From assembly GCF_006345805.1 (NCBI RefSeq), contig NC_043006.1, forward strand, positions 31,682,001 to 31,746,000: 64,000 nt of DNA. The letters are read 5' to 3'. The translations under genes were made by a program, and so were the position numbers. Below the pieces are notes generated by a model. The model saw only the letters and a program-made list of their open reading frames with translations. It searched no databases and was not told the origin of the DNA. Positions within the stretch are counted from its first letter, which is position 1; each line of letters begins with the position of its first letter. Shown here one piece after another: positions 51,232-64,000 of the stretch. This DNA comes from Octopus sinensis. Taxonomy: Eukaryota.

Positions 51232-51914
51232 CAAAATAATAAATAAAGCATATGCATATATAGGTACAGGACACCAAAAAAACATCAAACACAATGAGAA
51301 ACGAAAACATACAAACAGAACCGTGGAAACGGACATTTTTTTTAAACAACGAAAAAACAGGGTACAAGACATACGACACAAGGAAAATTCCCCTTCTTCA
51401 GCCGCCTCCGTTTCGTCTACTCGTCGTTTCATGTATATATATTATACAGAGATGGTGACTTTAATCTAATGCTGTTTCAGCTGCACACACCGAGTTTACT
51501 TCCAACGATAAGCTTTCCGCACTATCAGTGTTTCCCGTGTATCGGAAAGATAAATTTCTTTTAGGTAGGTCATTCCCGAGCAAACTTCACTGACAAAGCT
51601 CAAGAAGGCCGATATGCGTCTGATGATTTTGTGGGTCACTGCCGGGACGATTGATCGCTTTACTTGGAATTTTTGGCTTCTGTACACGAAAAACAAATAA
51701 CCGGTATTTTTGTCATTGTAAAAAAAATATGACCGATGGTTTTCTTGGTAAGCACGTTGGATTTTTCGGTAACCTCGTCAGCATAGCTTTCGGATTTGAT
51801 GACATAAAGACAAATCTGTCCACTCAGATTTGTTGTTGGCAACAAATGATTGGTGATATTCGCTGGAGTTCTTCAAGAAAGAACTAAAGAAATTCAAGAT
51901 ACGTTTCTTTTCTA

Positions 51915-52285
51915 GTCAAATTACAAGGCCCGATATTTTGGGGGGAGGGGCCAGTCGATTAGATCGACCCCAGTACGCAACTGGTACTTAATTTATCGAA
52001 CCTGAAAGAATGAAAGGCAAAGTCGACCTCGGCGAAATTTGAACTCAGAACGTAACGCCAGTCGAAATACCTATTTCTTTACTATCCACAAGGGGCTAAA
52101 CACAGAGGGGGCAAACAAGGACAAACAAACGGATTAAGCCGATTATATCAACCCCAGTGCGTAACTGGTACATTTAATCGACTCCGAAAGGATGAAAGGC
52201 AAAGTCGACCTCGGCGGAATTTGAACTCAGACGAAATACCGCTAAGCATTTTGCCCAGCGTGCTGACGATTCTGCCAGCTCGACA
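51915..52285 (-). mobile_element. tRNA-derived SINE with repeated module (family of 10554)
   Basis: Two core modules separated by the ctatttctttact...ggggctaaacacagag linker. Confidence 0.8.
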
Positions 52286-53123
52286 ACTTTCGAGATTCGC
52301 TTCTTTTGCGATGTAAATTTTCGTTCATAAATATAGTGGTCGAGGAAGGCCAGATCTGAGTTCAGTTGCTGCTGGGGGTCGTCCTTTCGGCGTCAATAAC
52401 ATAAGTACCAGTTAAGCATTAGGGTCGAGGCAATTGACTTGCATCCGCCTCCACAGAAGCTGGCCTTGTGCCGAAACTTGAAACCGATATTTCAATAAAC
52501 TCCATATGAAACAGGTTGTGTAAATGATGCTAGCTCTGCATTTGAACATTGAACCTTCCTGTATACAAATGGAAACATTCAGACATCAACTAATCATATT
52601 ATGAAATTATATCACATTGGATCTTTAGTTCTGATACTTTATTTCGTTTCTTTTTTGTATCTTTGGAAATATTATATATCCATTTTTTTATTAATTTGCA
52701 CGTGTAGGGTGATTTTCAAACAGTTTTCTCTTTTACCATTAAATTCTAGTTAATTAATTAAATAATTAATAGAATAACGTTTAGCTTTTTATGTGTTGCT
52801 TTTACATTTTATTTCTCTAATTGAAACGCGTTCAAAATTAGGTTGATATGTAAATTTTTCTTCTTTTTAATTCCTTTTCTTTCAATGCACAGAAAGAATT
52901 TTGTCAATAATTCCTTCATAGTACGCTATGTAGTGATCTTGTTTAATTTGAAATGTAATACGACCTAATAGGCACATAATTGTAATAAGCATATCATTAT
53001 AGCAGTGTAATAGCAGATTAATGAAAGTGAAGCGGTTGTTTCACAGAGTTTCATCTCCCAGTGGACAGAAAAAAATAAGATCGATCTGAATAACTGCTTT
53101 CTTCTTAAAACTTTTGTGTGTTT

Positions 53124-53196
<73 letters not shown>

Positions 53197-53280
53197 GGAT
53201 AGAAAGACAGACGGACAGAAAGATAGATAGATAGACAGACAGACAGATAGACAGACAGACAGACAGACAGATAGACAGAC

Positions 53281-53362
<82 letters not shown>
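53124..53362. repeat. (GATA)n/(GACA)n compound microsatellite
   Basis: Direct tandem repeat. Confidence 0.95.
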
Positions 53363-53934
53363 CAGAATGGAAGGGAGAGGTTGTGGTGTGTGATATGTGT
53401 AGTTTTTTAAACTGTTTTTTCTTTCCGTTACTTAGCCCGTCTGTAACGCTTTCGCGTGATTAGGTAAAGTGAAAGACAAAGAGCGAAGGAGAAGAAAGAG
53501 CGTAAGGTGAAGAGGGAGAGTATTGTGTATTAAGTCTATAAAATTGTGCATAAAGTATATAAAGTGCAGTAAGTAATCATCTTATTCCAATTTCTTTCAC
53601 TTTTCAATGATTAGCAGATGAGTTGCTGTCTTTCCATACAGACACAACACAGATTACGCTTTAAGGATATTTCGGATAAAGTTCCCAAAAAAAACCAACA
53701 GGTTTACCATTAATTCCGGGCCCCGATTGTACGTACCAACACGCGCGTGTGTGTGTCTGTCTGTCTGCTTGTACGTTTGTCTGACTGTGCATATGTGTGT
53801 GTGTGGTGTGTGTGTGTGTGTACATACATATACACATTTACGTGGATATGTGTATGTGAGAGATGCACGCCATATGTATATGTAAATTTATGCATGTTTT
53901 CAGTTCATGTACCTCATATGGAAAATGCCTCGAA

Positions 53935-54850
53935 TATTTGAAGAATTTCACTGACTTTAATGGAGATCGCGATTAAGTTTATTTTGTTCTTTCAAGAACG
54001 ACTTGAGCATTTCTAGGCTTTTTTCAGTTGATCTGTTGTTACGTGCCCGAGTGCACCAATGATAAAAGGAAGAAATAAAAGGTACAAATGAAAATCTATA
54101 TCTTAGAAATAAGATTATGTTTCTTATCATTTTTCCAGACGTTCTCCTTTTTCCCCAATTTTTGGTAAGACATTCACACCCGTTGCCTGGCAACTGATCC
54201 CTACAGCAAGGCATGACTTTTGTTCCCTATCCCATACAACTATATCCGGTCTTTTGTGCTTACACCGAGTTACTGTTACATTTACAGTTATGTCATGTCT
54301 CATGGGAAGTTTGTATCTTGCACACATTATGGACAGCTACTGATGACCTGAATGGTATCTTCCACACTATTATGGAATAATCGATATTTTCTATCATGGC
54401 CTAGGCGTCAAGAAGTATCCTTATTCCTCTTGTTGATCAGATATTCAGTAACCATCCTTCGTTCCTGCATAGCTAAGACGTAGCCTTCTGAAGTATTTAC
54501 CGCAGATCCAGGAGAGGCTACACTTTGTCAGTGTTGCTGGTATTCTCTACTTTCCAGGATATGCAACCATGCATAACATTCTGCTTGAATGATAAACCTA
54601 TTTCCCCTTCGAGTCTCTCTGTAAGCCAGTCTAGCCACCCTGGAACACCCTGCATTCGCACGGAACAGCTGTACATTCAAAGTACTTATTCAGTTCTTCG
54701 CTTATTCTTATTATAGTGTTACTTTTGCTTGCGAAGCCGCTGTTTCACCCATAATGAGTACGACCATTGCTTGTTAATAAACCACAAAGTCCAGATGACT
54801 TTCTAGCTCAGTTGAATATCGTCCAAAGAAATGTCAAGTCACTTTAAAAT
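53935..54850 (-). mobile_element. Second, older R4/Dong-like LINE remnant
   Basis: Minus-strand GYVLAMQERRMVTEYLINKR, EDTIQVISSCP and CKHKRPDIVVWDREQKSCLAVGISC parallel the motifs of the 49570 element. Confidence 0.85.
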
Positions 54851-55064
54851 AATTCTTAAACAATTAAGTGGGCGTCTATGTAAATAATGAACACCTGTGC
54901 ATGAGTAAGATCAAAGATATTCTTCATAGAAGGAAGATATATTATTCAACAGTACCACACTGCCATACTTGGAGTTATGCAAATTCTCAAAAACAAAAAT
55001 ACAAAGCAAATAATAAAATCATAGTGGAAAAAAAGAATAAATGGCTGGATCTGCTAATTATTCC

Positions 55065-55124
<60 letters not shown>

Positions 55125-55520
55125 GCGGCGAGCTGACAGAATCGTTACCACGCCGGGCGAAATGCTTAGCGGTATTTCGTCTGCCGCTTCGTTCTGAGTT
55201 CAAATTCCGCCGAGGTCGACTTTGTCTTTCATCCTTTAGGGGTCGATTAAATAAGTACCAGTTACGCACTGGGGTCGATATAATTGACTTACTCCGTTTG
55301 TCTGTCCTTGTTTGTCCTCTCTGTGTTTAGCCCCTTGTGGGTAGTAAAGAAATAGGTATTTCGTCTGCCGTTACGTTCTGAGTTCAAATTCCGCCGTGGT
55401 CGACTTTGCCTTTCATCCTTTCGAGGTCGATAAATTAAGTACCAGTTGCGCACTGGGGTCGATCTAATCGACTGGACCCCTCCCCAAAAATTTCGGGCCT
55501 TGTGCCTTGAGTAGAAAAGT
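55125..55520 (+). mobile_element. tRNA-derived SINE with repeated module (family of 10554)
   Basis: Head, core, linker (ctgtgtttagccccttgtgggtagtaaagaaataggtatttcgtctg), second core, tail. Confidence 0.85.
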
Positions 55521-55787
55521 ATATTAGGCAATATATTTGTTATTAACTTCGCTCTCTCTCTCTCTCTCCCTCCACCCGCTCCCTCTCCCTTCCTCCTCTC
55601 TCTCTCTCTCTTTCTCCTCTCCTCTTTCTCTCTCTCTCTCTCTCCCTCTTTCTCTCTCTTTCTCCCTCTTTCTCTCTCTTCCAAATCTGTTCTTTTCGAC
55701 GATATTTTGATTTGGAAAATTAACACAAGGAAATTTTAATTCAGATATTTGTTAGCGATTCACTACCGACACTGGACCGCTCTTACT

Positions 55788-55832
<45 letters not shown>

Positions 55833-56743
55833 TAATAATGTGTGTCAGATGTGAATGATTATTTCCAGCTAGAAACACACCATTAATAAATCAAGCCCCA
55901 GCAGCCTATAGGAAATGAAGCATGAATAAAGCAAAGCATGTGAGGAAGAGTCAGTACAGAATTATAAATTGTCCCATTGGGAATCGAGCCTGAAACGGTA
56001 AGGTTGGTGACCACTGCCTCACTTTCGCTTCTCCCCCCACCAACCCTTCTCAACCAATGAATATATCCTTTATAGTCTACGTACAGTGATATTGTTGTTA
56101 TTATTTTGTCCTCAACGCCTACAATCATAAATTTCGCTCTCAAAGAATCAATTAGAAAATGAACCTTAAACAGATATAAATGGATCTATAATAAAGTGCT
56201 GACTTACCATACTTAAAGCATTGAACCAAAAGTAATTTTTAATCAATTGAAATTCTATTCGTAATGAAAAGAAAAATCATTAACGTAATTAAATTGAAGG
56301 CAAGGGAGAGAACTTCATATTTAAAGTAATAAAATTTGCGTCATGCAGCGGAGAGTGACGCTGGTTTTTGGTTGGTAACGAAGACAATTTCATTACTTAC
56401 CAAAAGGTTTAGTTTTATTAACATTTAGTAGTATTTTCTTGGTCCTTTCTTGTACCGAATACATCTGGCAATGGGTTCGAGTACATAAATCTGTATAAGA
56501 AAATACGCAGCCTCGCAGCACGGCCGCGTTCAGACAAGCGATAGTTAGGGCATTGTGGGTAGCTGAGCATTATGGGTATTCACTAGAAAGTGTTTTTGAG
56601 ATTCAAGCAGAATTATTCACTGATTGGCAAGCTGTGTTATCACAAATCAATCCGTGATAAATGTAACATGGTTCACAATTAAATGTATTGTTATCCCAGA
56701 TCAGTGATAAATGAGTCAGTGATAACGAGGCTACTCATATTAG

Positions 56744-57103
56744 AGTTCTATATTTAAGAGATGAGGAATTATTTACATTTGACAGATATTTGTCCTCATC
56801 TTGTTTGTTGTTAACACAACGTTTCGGCTGATATACCCTCCCGCCTTCAACAGATGTCTTGAGGAAATTTCGAACCTGGGTTTTTATTCCTAAGGAATTT
56901 TTCACTGTTATTATTATTATTATTATTATTATATTATTATTATTCCGATCACTGCCTGGAATCGAACTCGAAATCTTGGGCTTAGTAGCCCGCGCTATTA
57001 ACCACTACACATATCAGCTACTACGCATATCAGCCGAAACGTTGTATTAACAACAAACAAGATGAGGACAAATATCCGTCAAATGTAAATAATGTAAATA
57101 ATT
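56744..57103. mobile_element. Second copy of the palindromic tRNA-head/HHR element
   Basis: Same termini as the 33298 element. Perfect 12-bp TSD tactcatattag (56732-56743, 57104-57115). tRNA-like head on the minus strand at ~56945-57015; right arm is short. Confidence 0.88.
56813..56858 (-). ncRNA. Mutated minimal hammerhead (core CTGTTGA)
   Basis: The minus strand reads gacat-CTGTTGA-a-ggcgg gagggtatat cagcc-GAAA-cg-TT-gtgtt; core A6 is replaced by U. Confidence 0.5.
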
Positions 57104-57722
57104 TACTCATATTAGTTTCAAATTATGGCACAAAGCCAGCAATTTCGGATGTGGGGCTGTCGATCACATCGAACCTTGTCCTCAACTGGTACTTATTTTA
57201 TCAATCTCCGAAACGATGAAACGCAAAGTCGACGTCGGCGAAAGTTGAACTCGGAACATAAAGACGGACGAAATGCCAGGAAAGCATTTTACCCGTCGTA
57301 CTAAGGATAGCACCAGTTCGCCACCTTAAATGAGGTTCATCCTCCTATTACATATTGTTTTAGTCGTGATAGAACTGCTCGTGGAAAGATAGTCTAACAC
57401 AGCGTTTCTTATGGGTAACAGACTTACGAGAACTGAGAAGGGCTAAGAAGAGTTATTTGGAAGCCAAATTGATTTTGTTTTCTCATTAATAATTGATTCC
57501 GATTTGGGCAGAAGGCCAGCAGTTTCGAGGGGGTTGCATTAGTCGATATCATTGATCCAGTAAAGATTGTTTGCCAACATAACATGGCAATCCTGGCTTA
57601 GGACGAATGTTGCTGTAATTTAGACCTAGGAGACATCGTCTCCAGCCTGCTATACAACACGATCTGTGTCCTTATATTTTCGGAGAAGGTAATCTAGCTC
57701 CCCCACTCAGCTCAAAACAATA

Positions 57723-57767
57723 TCTTTGTATCGCGATTTCCAGGTTATTTCCCTTCATCAGCACAGA
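57723..57767 (-). ncRNA. Minimal hammerhead motif
   Basis: The minus strand reads tctgtg-CTGATGA-aggg aaataa cctg-GAAA-tcgcga-TA-caaaga. Palindromic ATCGCGAT stem III, stem I 5/6 pairs, short stem II. Confidence 0.62.
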
Positions 57768-58040
57768 ATAATCTGGAAATTTTGCTAAAAGATTTGACCA
57801 ACGTAGATAAGCATGGTCGTCGAGCTTTAACAAAAACCATCATAATTCGAAGTACGCTGGTGAACGCAGACTGCGCGACCATATAAAAAAAACCAAAGCA
57901 GGAAATGCATACGGTATTTTATGCTTTACATAACGTACACTAATATACAGGTTTCAGTAAGCCAACCACTGATTATTATGTAAGCAGTAGGCCTTATTCC
58001 GCAACACAATACAGTCGTCGCACTTCGTCAACATGATAGG

Positions 58041-58081
<41 letters not shown>

Positions 58082-58145
58082 CGTACAACATAAATTTGCA
58101 GGCCTTTGTATAGATCAGTATACAAATAACTATCATCTTGATGTT

Positions 58146-58520
58146 ATAGGAGCACTCCGTCGGTTACGACGATGAGGGTCCCAGCTGATACGATCAACGG
58201 AACAGCTTGCTCGTGGAATTAACGTGCAAGTGGCTGAGCATTCCACAGACACGTGTACCCTTAACGTAGTTCTCGAGGAGATTCAGCGTGACACAGTGTG
58301 ACGAGGCTGGCCCTTTGAAATACAGGTACAACAGAAACAGGAAGTAAGAGTGAGAGAAAGTTGTGGTGAAAGAGTACAGCAGGGATCACCACCATCCCCT
58401 GCCGGAGCCTCGTGGAGCTTTTAGGTGTTTTCGCTCAATAAACACTCACAATGCCCGGTCTGGGAATCGAAATCGCGATCCTACGACCGCGAGTCCGCTG
58501 CCCTAACCACTGGGCCATTG
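58146..58520 (-). mobile_element. tRNA-derived SINE, third family, near full length
   Basis: Minus head caatggcccagtggttagggcagcggactcgcggtcgtaggatcgcgatttcgattcccagacc. A homologous head lies at ~60060-60365 and a 3' fragment at ~2720-2910. Confidence 0.82.
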
Positions 58521-59572
58521 ATGTTATAGAACTGGTAGTAAAGGAAATGAGAGGGTAAACATGTGTGAGAGGCGTGTGATGGGCTGGAGGACCAATTCTT
58601 TCCACCCACCGCCTCTTTCCTCCTTACCATATTTGTTTGTGCGTGCTTATGCGAGTACGTGTGAGTTCGTGTTGATCCACCAGACCGTGCATGAGGAGAC
58701 GTGGTCTTGAAAGCCTTCTTTTCTGACCTACCGCTTACGTAATAATCGGCAATCGACTTACTGAAACACGTGTACATTATGTAATTCATAAAATACCGAT
58801 TATATGTTCTGCGTTTCTTTTATCTATGTGTGTACACACCGCATGTGTGTGCACACCGCGTGTGTGTATTTATGCATGAATTAATGTGTGTATTTATGTG
58901 TGCATCTGTGTGTATGTGTATATCTAACCATACATTTAAATGTGTATCTGACGGCCAAAGTACTTTTCTATTTATAAACCTCCGAGCAGCTAATAAACAT
59001 GTCGGCAATTTGCTATAGGTTAACTGAACAGTTGTTATATCGCTGGTTTCATCTTCAGCATTACAGTGCCCTCTATCGGACTACATCGACAGTCTAACGA
59101 AAGTCTACTCTATTCTTATCACAATGCCTGCTCTGTCAGTCAAGTAGAGTTTCACTTACAGCAGTAGATGACATTTCTGAGAGTTTTTTTTTTTGTTTTT
59201 TGTTTTTATTTGTTTTGTTTTTTTCTCCATTTAGTGTGAACGTGATCGACAGAATGTATACATTCACAATCCTCCGACCGTCTTCCAAACCTCATCAAAA
59301 TTAATAAACAAATAAATTAATTAATTAATTAATTACCGCACCTCATCGTTCCATCGTTCATTTCATTTCACTTCAAGTCATTTTATTATACACCGCTACG
59401 ATCATCACCATCATCATCATCATCATCATCACCACCATCACCATCCTCCTCCTCCTCATCATCATCATCATCATCACCACCATCATCATCACATCATCAT
59501 CACCATCACCACCATCACCATCCTCCTCCTCCTCATCATCATCATCATCACCACCATCATCACCATCACCAC

Positions 59573-59629
<57 letters not shown>

Positions 59630-59734
59630 GATCATCACCATCATCATCATCATTGTCATCACCATCATCATCATCATCATCATCATTATCATTACCGTCA
59701 CCATCATCATCATTTCTCTTTCCTCATTCAACAT

Positions 59735-59900
59735 AGGCGCAACCATAGCTGTGTAGTTAAGAAGCTCGCTTTGCAGCCGCCTAGTTTCGGGTTCGCTCCC
59801 ATTGTGCAGCACCTTGATTTAAGTGTCTTCTACCATAGCCCCGGGCCAACTAATATCTTATCAATGAATTTGTTAGACGGAAACTGTGTAGAAGCCCGTT
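59735..59900 (+). mobile_element. OR2-like CORE SINE (diverged)
   Basis: taggcgcaaccatagctgtgtagttaagaagc...gtgtcttctaccatagccccgggcc...gacggaaactg. Confidence 0.7.
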
Positions 59901-59976
59901 AAATTTATTCGCGGTGGTCGAGTACCATTTGTGTCGGTGGTGATGGTGGTGGTGGTGCTGCTGCTGCTGTTGCTGC

Positions 59977-60010
<34 letters not shown>

Positions 60011-60059
60011 TGACGAACGGTCTTCATCCCAGAGCTCACAAAATGGGAGAAGTCCGAAA

Positions 60060-60365
60060 CGTGGTCCTTTGCTATTCGTAAGACCCGCAGAAGAGAGAGC
60101 AGGTCAACCCCCGACACCGAGAGCATCGACGGATGGATGAATGTGCAGGTTGCGTAGGAAGTCGGGGGACAAGAAACAGGAAGAAAGAGTGAGAGAAAGT
60201 TGGAGCGAAAGAGTACAACAGAGGTGGCCACCCCCACCCCCTGCGGAGGCTCGTGGAGCTTTAGGTATTTTCGTTCGATAAACACACACAACGCCCGGTC
60301 TGGGAATCGAAACCGCGATCCTCCGACCGCGAGTCCGCTGCCCTAACCACTGGGCCATTGCGCCT
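60060..60365 (-). mobile_element. tRNA-derived SINE, third family, 5' part
   Basis: Homologous to 58320-58520. Confidence 0.8.
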
Positions 60366-62549
60366 CTGCTGCTACTGTTGGTGCTGGTGTTGCTAGTATG
60401 GAAGTGGTGGTGATGTTCTTGGGACAGCTACAGTTGTTGCTGTAGAGATGAAGAGAAAACCAATTGACATAATGATTGCAATGGAGGTGGTTTGGATTGT
60501 AGTTTTCAGTTGTTCTGGAGGTATGTGTGGTGGTGGTCATGGCTGGAGTGATATGTATGGTAGTGGTGGTGGTAGTGGCAGTGGCTGCGATGACAGAGAG
60601 ACAGAAGAGAATGTATTATGATGCTGATGTAGAAGTTTTACCTTTACACTGATTCACACACCCCACGATGGCATTCTTCCTCCTTGGCCTTTCATCCCTA
60701 TCTCATACACACACACACACACATTCACACGTATATACACACATATGCACACACACTCACTCACACACACGCACACACACTTAAACACATCTCTGTGCAC
60801 ACACACACACTGACACAACCACACGGACACACCTGCGCACTCGTTGTATGTTATTACATACAGTTACAAACTCATGAAGAGTGAGAGGGGGAAATGGGGG
60901 ATGGAGAGAGAGACGTAGAAAAGGAGTGATGTTAAATATTTGAAGAAGAAAAAGACGAAGGTGGTGGTGGCGGTGGTGGCGGTGGTGGCGGTGGTGGTTG
61001 TTGCGGTGGTGGTGGTGATGGTGATGATGATGATGATGATGATGGTGGTGGTAGTGGTGGTGGCGGTGGTGGTGGTGATGATGATTTGAATGTACGCGTG
61101 TGTTTATGTATGTATGTATGTATGTATATGTGTGCATGGGTGTGTGTTTGTAAGTATGTATGCATGTACGTATGTATGTACAAAAAAAAACTTACTATTA
61201 AAACAAGTCAGGATGCGTTGTGTTCTGCCACATAATGAATGAAAAAATATATATTGTAAATAAACAAAGGACATAACGTATAATGAGAGCGCAACCGGAC
61301 GGGACACAGACACAGAAGGTCCCTAACTCTTCGTCAGTTATCAACCACATGCTATTACTCAGTTTCGCATGCGGGTTTGTTTGAATGTTGTTATGGTTTA
61401 ATCCTATGTCCGTCTCGATATAAGAATTTTACACCTGACTAACCCATCTTTTACTTTCAGACATGAGTTATCAGGAGATTTAGGTTCTATTCGGGTGTAA
61501 TTTCTAACAGATGAAGCAAGGATCAACAGAGTGTTTCTTTGGTCAAATATATCCATTTCTAGAGCGGCGCTGTGTAGGGAGATGAAATCGCAGTCTTATT
61601 CGCTCCTAATCTGAGCTCCGAGTTCCAATCACGCGAGTTCAACTTTCCTTTTCCTTTTTGCAGGGTCGATGACAAAATTAGCAGTTATGGCTGATGGATT
61701 GGTAGAATGGTTAAAGCATCAGGCAGGATACCTTTCGATTGCATTTTCCTTGGGTAACAGCAATGATGTGCAGTCTTACAAGCTGATTTCCGTAGAAGAC
61801 TAGACTATGCTAGTCTTCTGCAGAAGAACCTTTCCTGCATTTGAGCCGTACAGAGGAACTTTCCAGAAGCAGACGATAAAGGCGTCCGAGTAAACAGGAA
61901 TGATAGAGTGTTCAACAAAATATCTTATTGTATTTACTCGCTTCTCTCGGAATTTAATTTGGCTTTGCTTTCCCTCCTTCGAAGGAGTCCACTGGTTGGG
62001 TACCAGTAATACACGAGTAGTTAAATCTTCTGAAGAGCAATATACTGAACAATTTATACAACAGAACAGCTAAACCCCTGAATAACATAAGTTGTTTCAT
62101 TATCTAAGTAACAAATCAATGTGGTCACTGCATAATAGAAATAGCAGTCAAATGTCTCTCAAAGCCCACTCTACCTCCGTAGAAATTGTGAAGGTCGCTT
62201 TCGACAATGTGATCAGATATTCTTCAAAAGATGGCATAGTCATGGCTGGAATATCTTTGATCATACCTCTGCTAGATTAGAGTTCAGCTAAGGCTAAACG
62301 ACAACATTCCAAATTCAGCCCTCCACTCCGGGAGTTTAACTTCATATTACGGTGTTCGTTCTCTGATAAGAAAATACGGCCATCACTCGCTTTCCATTAT
62401 TGTTTGGTATTAGTATTTATAATGGTTTTCGTTAAATGTTTCTCAAGCACCCGTTGAGTCGGGAGTAATCCTTCCACCTACCAACCCTTGAACAGTGAAA
62501 CATCCAAAATTTGGTAGCTTAAGGGGAAAAGGGATGCATGCATCCCTTG

Positions 62550-62845
62550 ACTACAGCTTTATTTTATCGACCCTGAAAGAACGGAAGGCAAAACTGGCAC
62601 CAACGGGATTTGAACTCAGAACGTAGAAAGCCAAAACAAATACCGTAAAGTCTTTTCTACTCTAGGCACAAAGTCCGAAATTTTGGGGGAGGGGCTAGTC
62701 GATTAGATAGACCCCAGTACGCAACTGGTACTTAATTTATCGACCCCAAAAGGATGAAATTTGAACTTAGAACGTAGCAGCAGACGAAATACCACTCAGC
62801 ATTTTGCCCGGCGTCCTAACGATTCCGCCAGCTCGCCACCTTAAA
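62550..62845 (-). mobile_element. Nested or adjacent tRNA-derived SINE fragments (family of 10554)
   Basis: Several partial reverse-complement copies of the core (tcgaccc...gaaaggatgaa...tttgaactcagaacgtag). Confidence 0.7.
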
Positions 62846-64000
62846 CAAATACCGTTAAGTATTTTCTACTAATTAACAGCCATGACGTATGACTGGTATG
62901 TAGTAAATGATCGACGCAAGCAGAGGTCAACTTTGCCATTTATCCTTTCGAGATCGATAAGTAAAGGTCAACTACTAGTTTGGTACTTCACTTTATCAAT
63001 AGCGAAGGGATGCAAGGCAAAGATGATCGGGGAGGGAATCGAACTCAGAATGTAATGAGCAGGAAGAAATACTACCAGGTGCTTTTCCGTCACCTTAAAG
63101 ATTCTGCCAGCAAGACTTCGGGGAAATGAAGCCTTAAAATTAACAACAGCGGCCCTTGGGGTAAAGGAGCACAACTAAATGTTGCCAAGACCAGTTGTAC
63201 TGGTTATTACATCAAACTCCATCCTTTATCTTTATTTAAAAAATATATATATAAAGAGCAAGAATATATTTTTCCTTTCATGTTTTATGAAGGCCACATC
63301 ACAAAGTTTTTGTATGAACGAAAGCACTTTGTATTGTTAAAGCTCCTCTTCGTAATTGCGAGAGCCAGGTCGACGGGAATGGAAACAACAAATAACCAAA
63401 GCAACAAGATCAACAACAAAATGAGAGTTAATTAAACGGAATCAAGCTGTGGTCAGTCAGATGTAAAGATCTGCTCGTGTGACCAGCCGTGTGTGAAAGT
63501 TAAGTCTAATTAAGTCAAGTGTGAAGAACCGACTCTACCACACTATCAACAGAGATCTAATTTACTCAAGTGTTTGCTTGTTGTGTTAGAGAGAAAAGGT
63601 AACATGAATGGCGCTAATAAAGAACGAGTTGGATGTGGAGGGGGGTACTTGAGAGCTCTCTTGCTCTCTCTCTCTCTCTCTTTCTTTCTTTCCCTCTCTC
63701 TTTCTTTCACCCCTATATCTCCATATCTATCACGCTTCCGTTTTTTTTTCGCCATTACTTATTTTTTTCTCTTTTGCAAGCAATACAATGAAAACAGACG
63801 CGTGAAACGACAAAACAAGCCACCTGCTGCGAAGGAAGAGCGCCGTAATTTAGTAATGCCGTAATTTACTTCAACTTACTACTACTACTACTACTACTAC
63901 TACTACCAGCACCACCACCACAACCACTACTACTACTATAGTTGTGGTAGCAGCAGTAGCAATGTACTCACTACGGAACGAAGATACACTTATCATCTTG

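Noticed and set aside
51764-51781. Minus-strand CTGACGA-ggttacc-GAAA
   Set aside because: Only 2 bp of stem II, and no cleavage triplet with matching stem I.
51496-51845. Minus-strand ESYADEVT, resembling an RT YADD motif
   Set aside because: A single short motif with no other RT blocks identifiable by eye.

Overview
This is AT-rich, microsatellite-dense eukaryotic DNA, most likely from an octopus (inferred from the OR-type tRNA-derived SINE families and the extreme simple-repeat load). I cannot support any host protein-coding exon; nearly all ORFs in the track are translations of microsatellites. The window is a mosaic of transposable elements: a DD37D maT/Tc1-mariner pseudogene, pogo and hAT MITEs, a Helitron, a Helentron-type element, one RTE LINE remnant, two R4/Dong-like LINE remnants, three or four decayed Penelope-like elements (PLEs) and many SINEs. 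The main discovery is a set of type I hammerhead ribozyme (HHR) motifs: about nine intact or near-intact cores and several decayed ones. Two HHR systems stand out. (1) At 7980-9660, three tandem ~485-bp non-coding monomers each carry one HHR, preceded by a head-to-head inverted partial copy; this is a retrozyme/circRNA-like architecture. (2) At 33298-33771 and 56744-57103, a palindromic element with 12-bp target-site duplications joins a tRNA-like Pol III head to an HHR-bearing tail; this looks like a ribozyme-carrying SINE mobilised by PLE machinery. All structures were assigned by eye, and ribozyme activity is untested.
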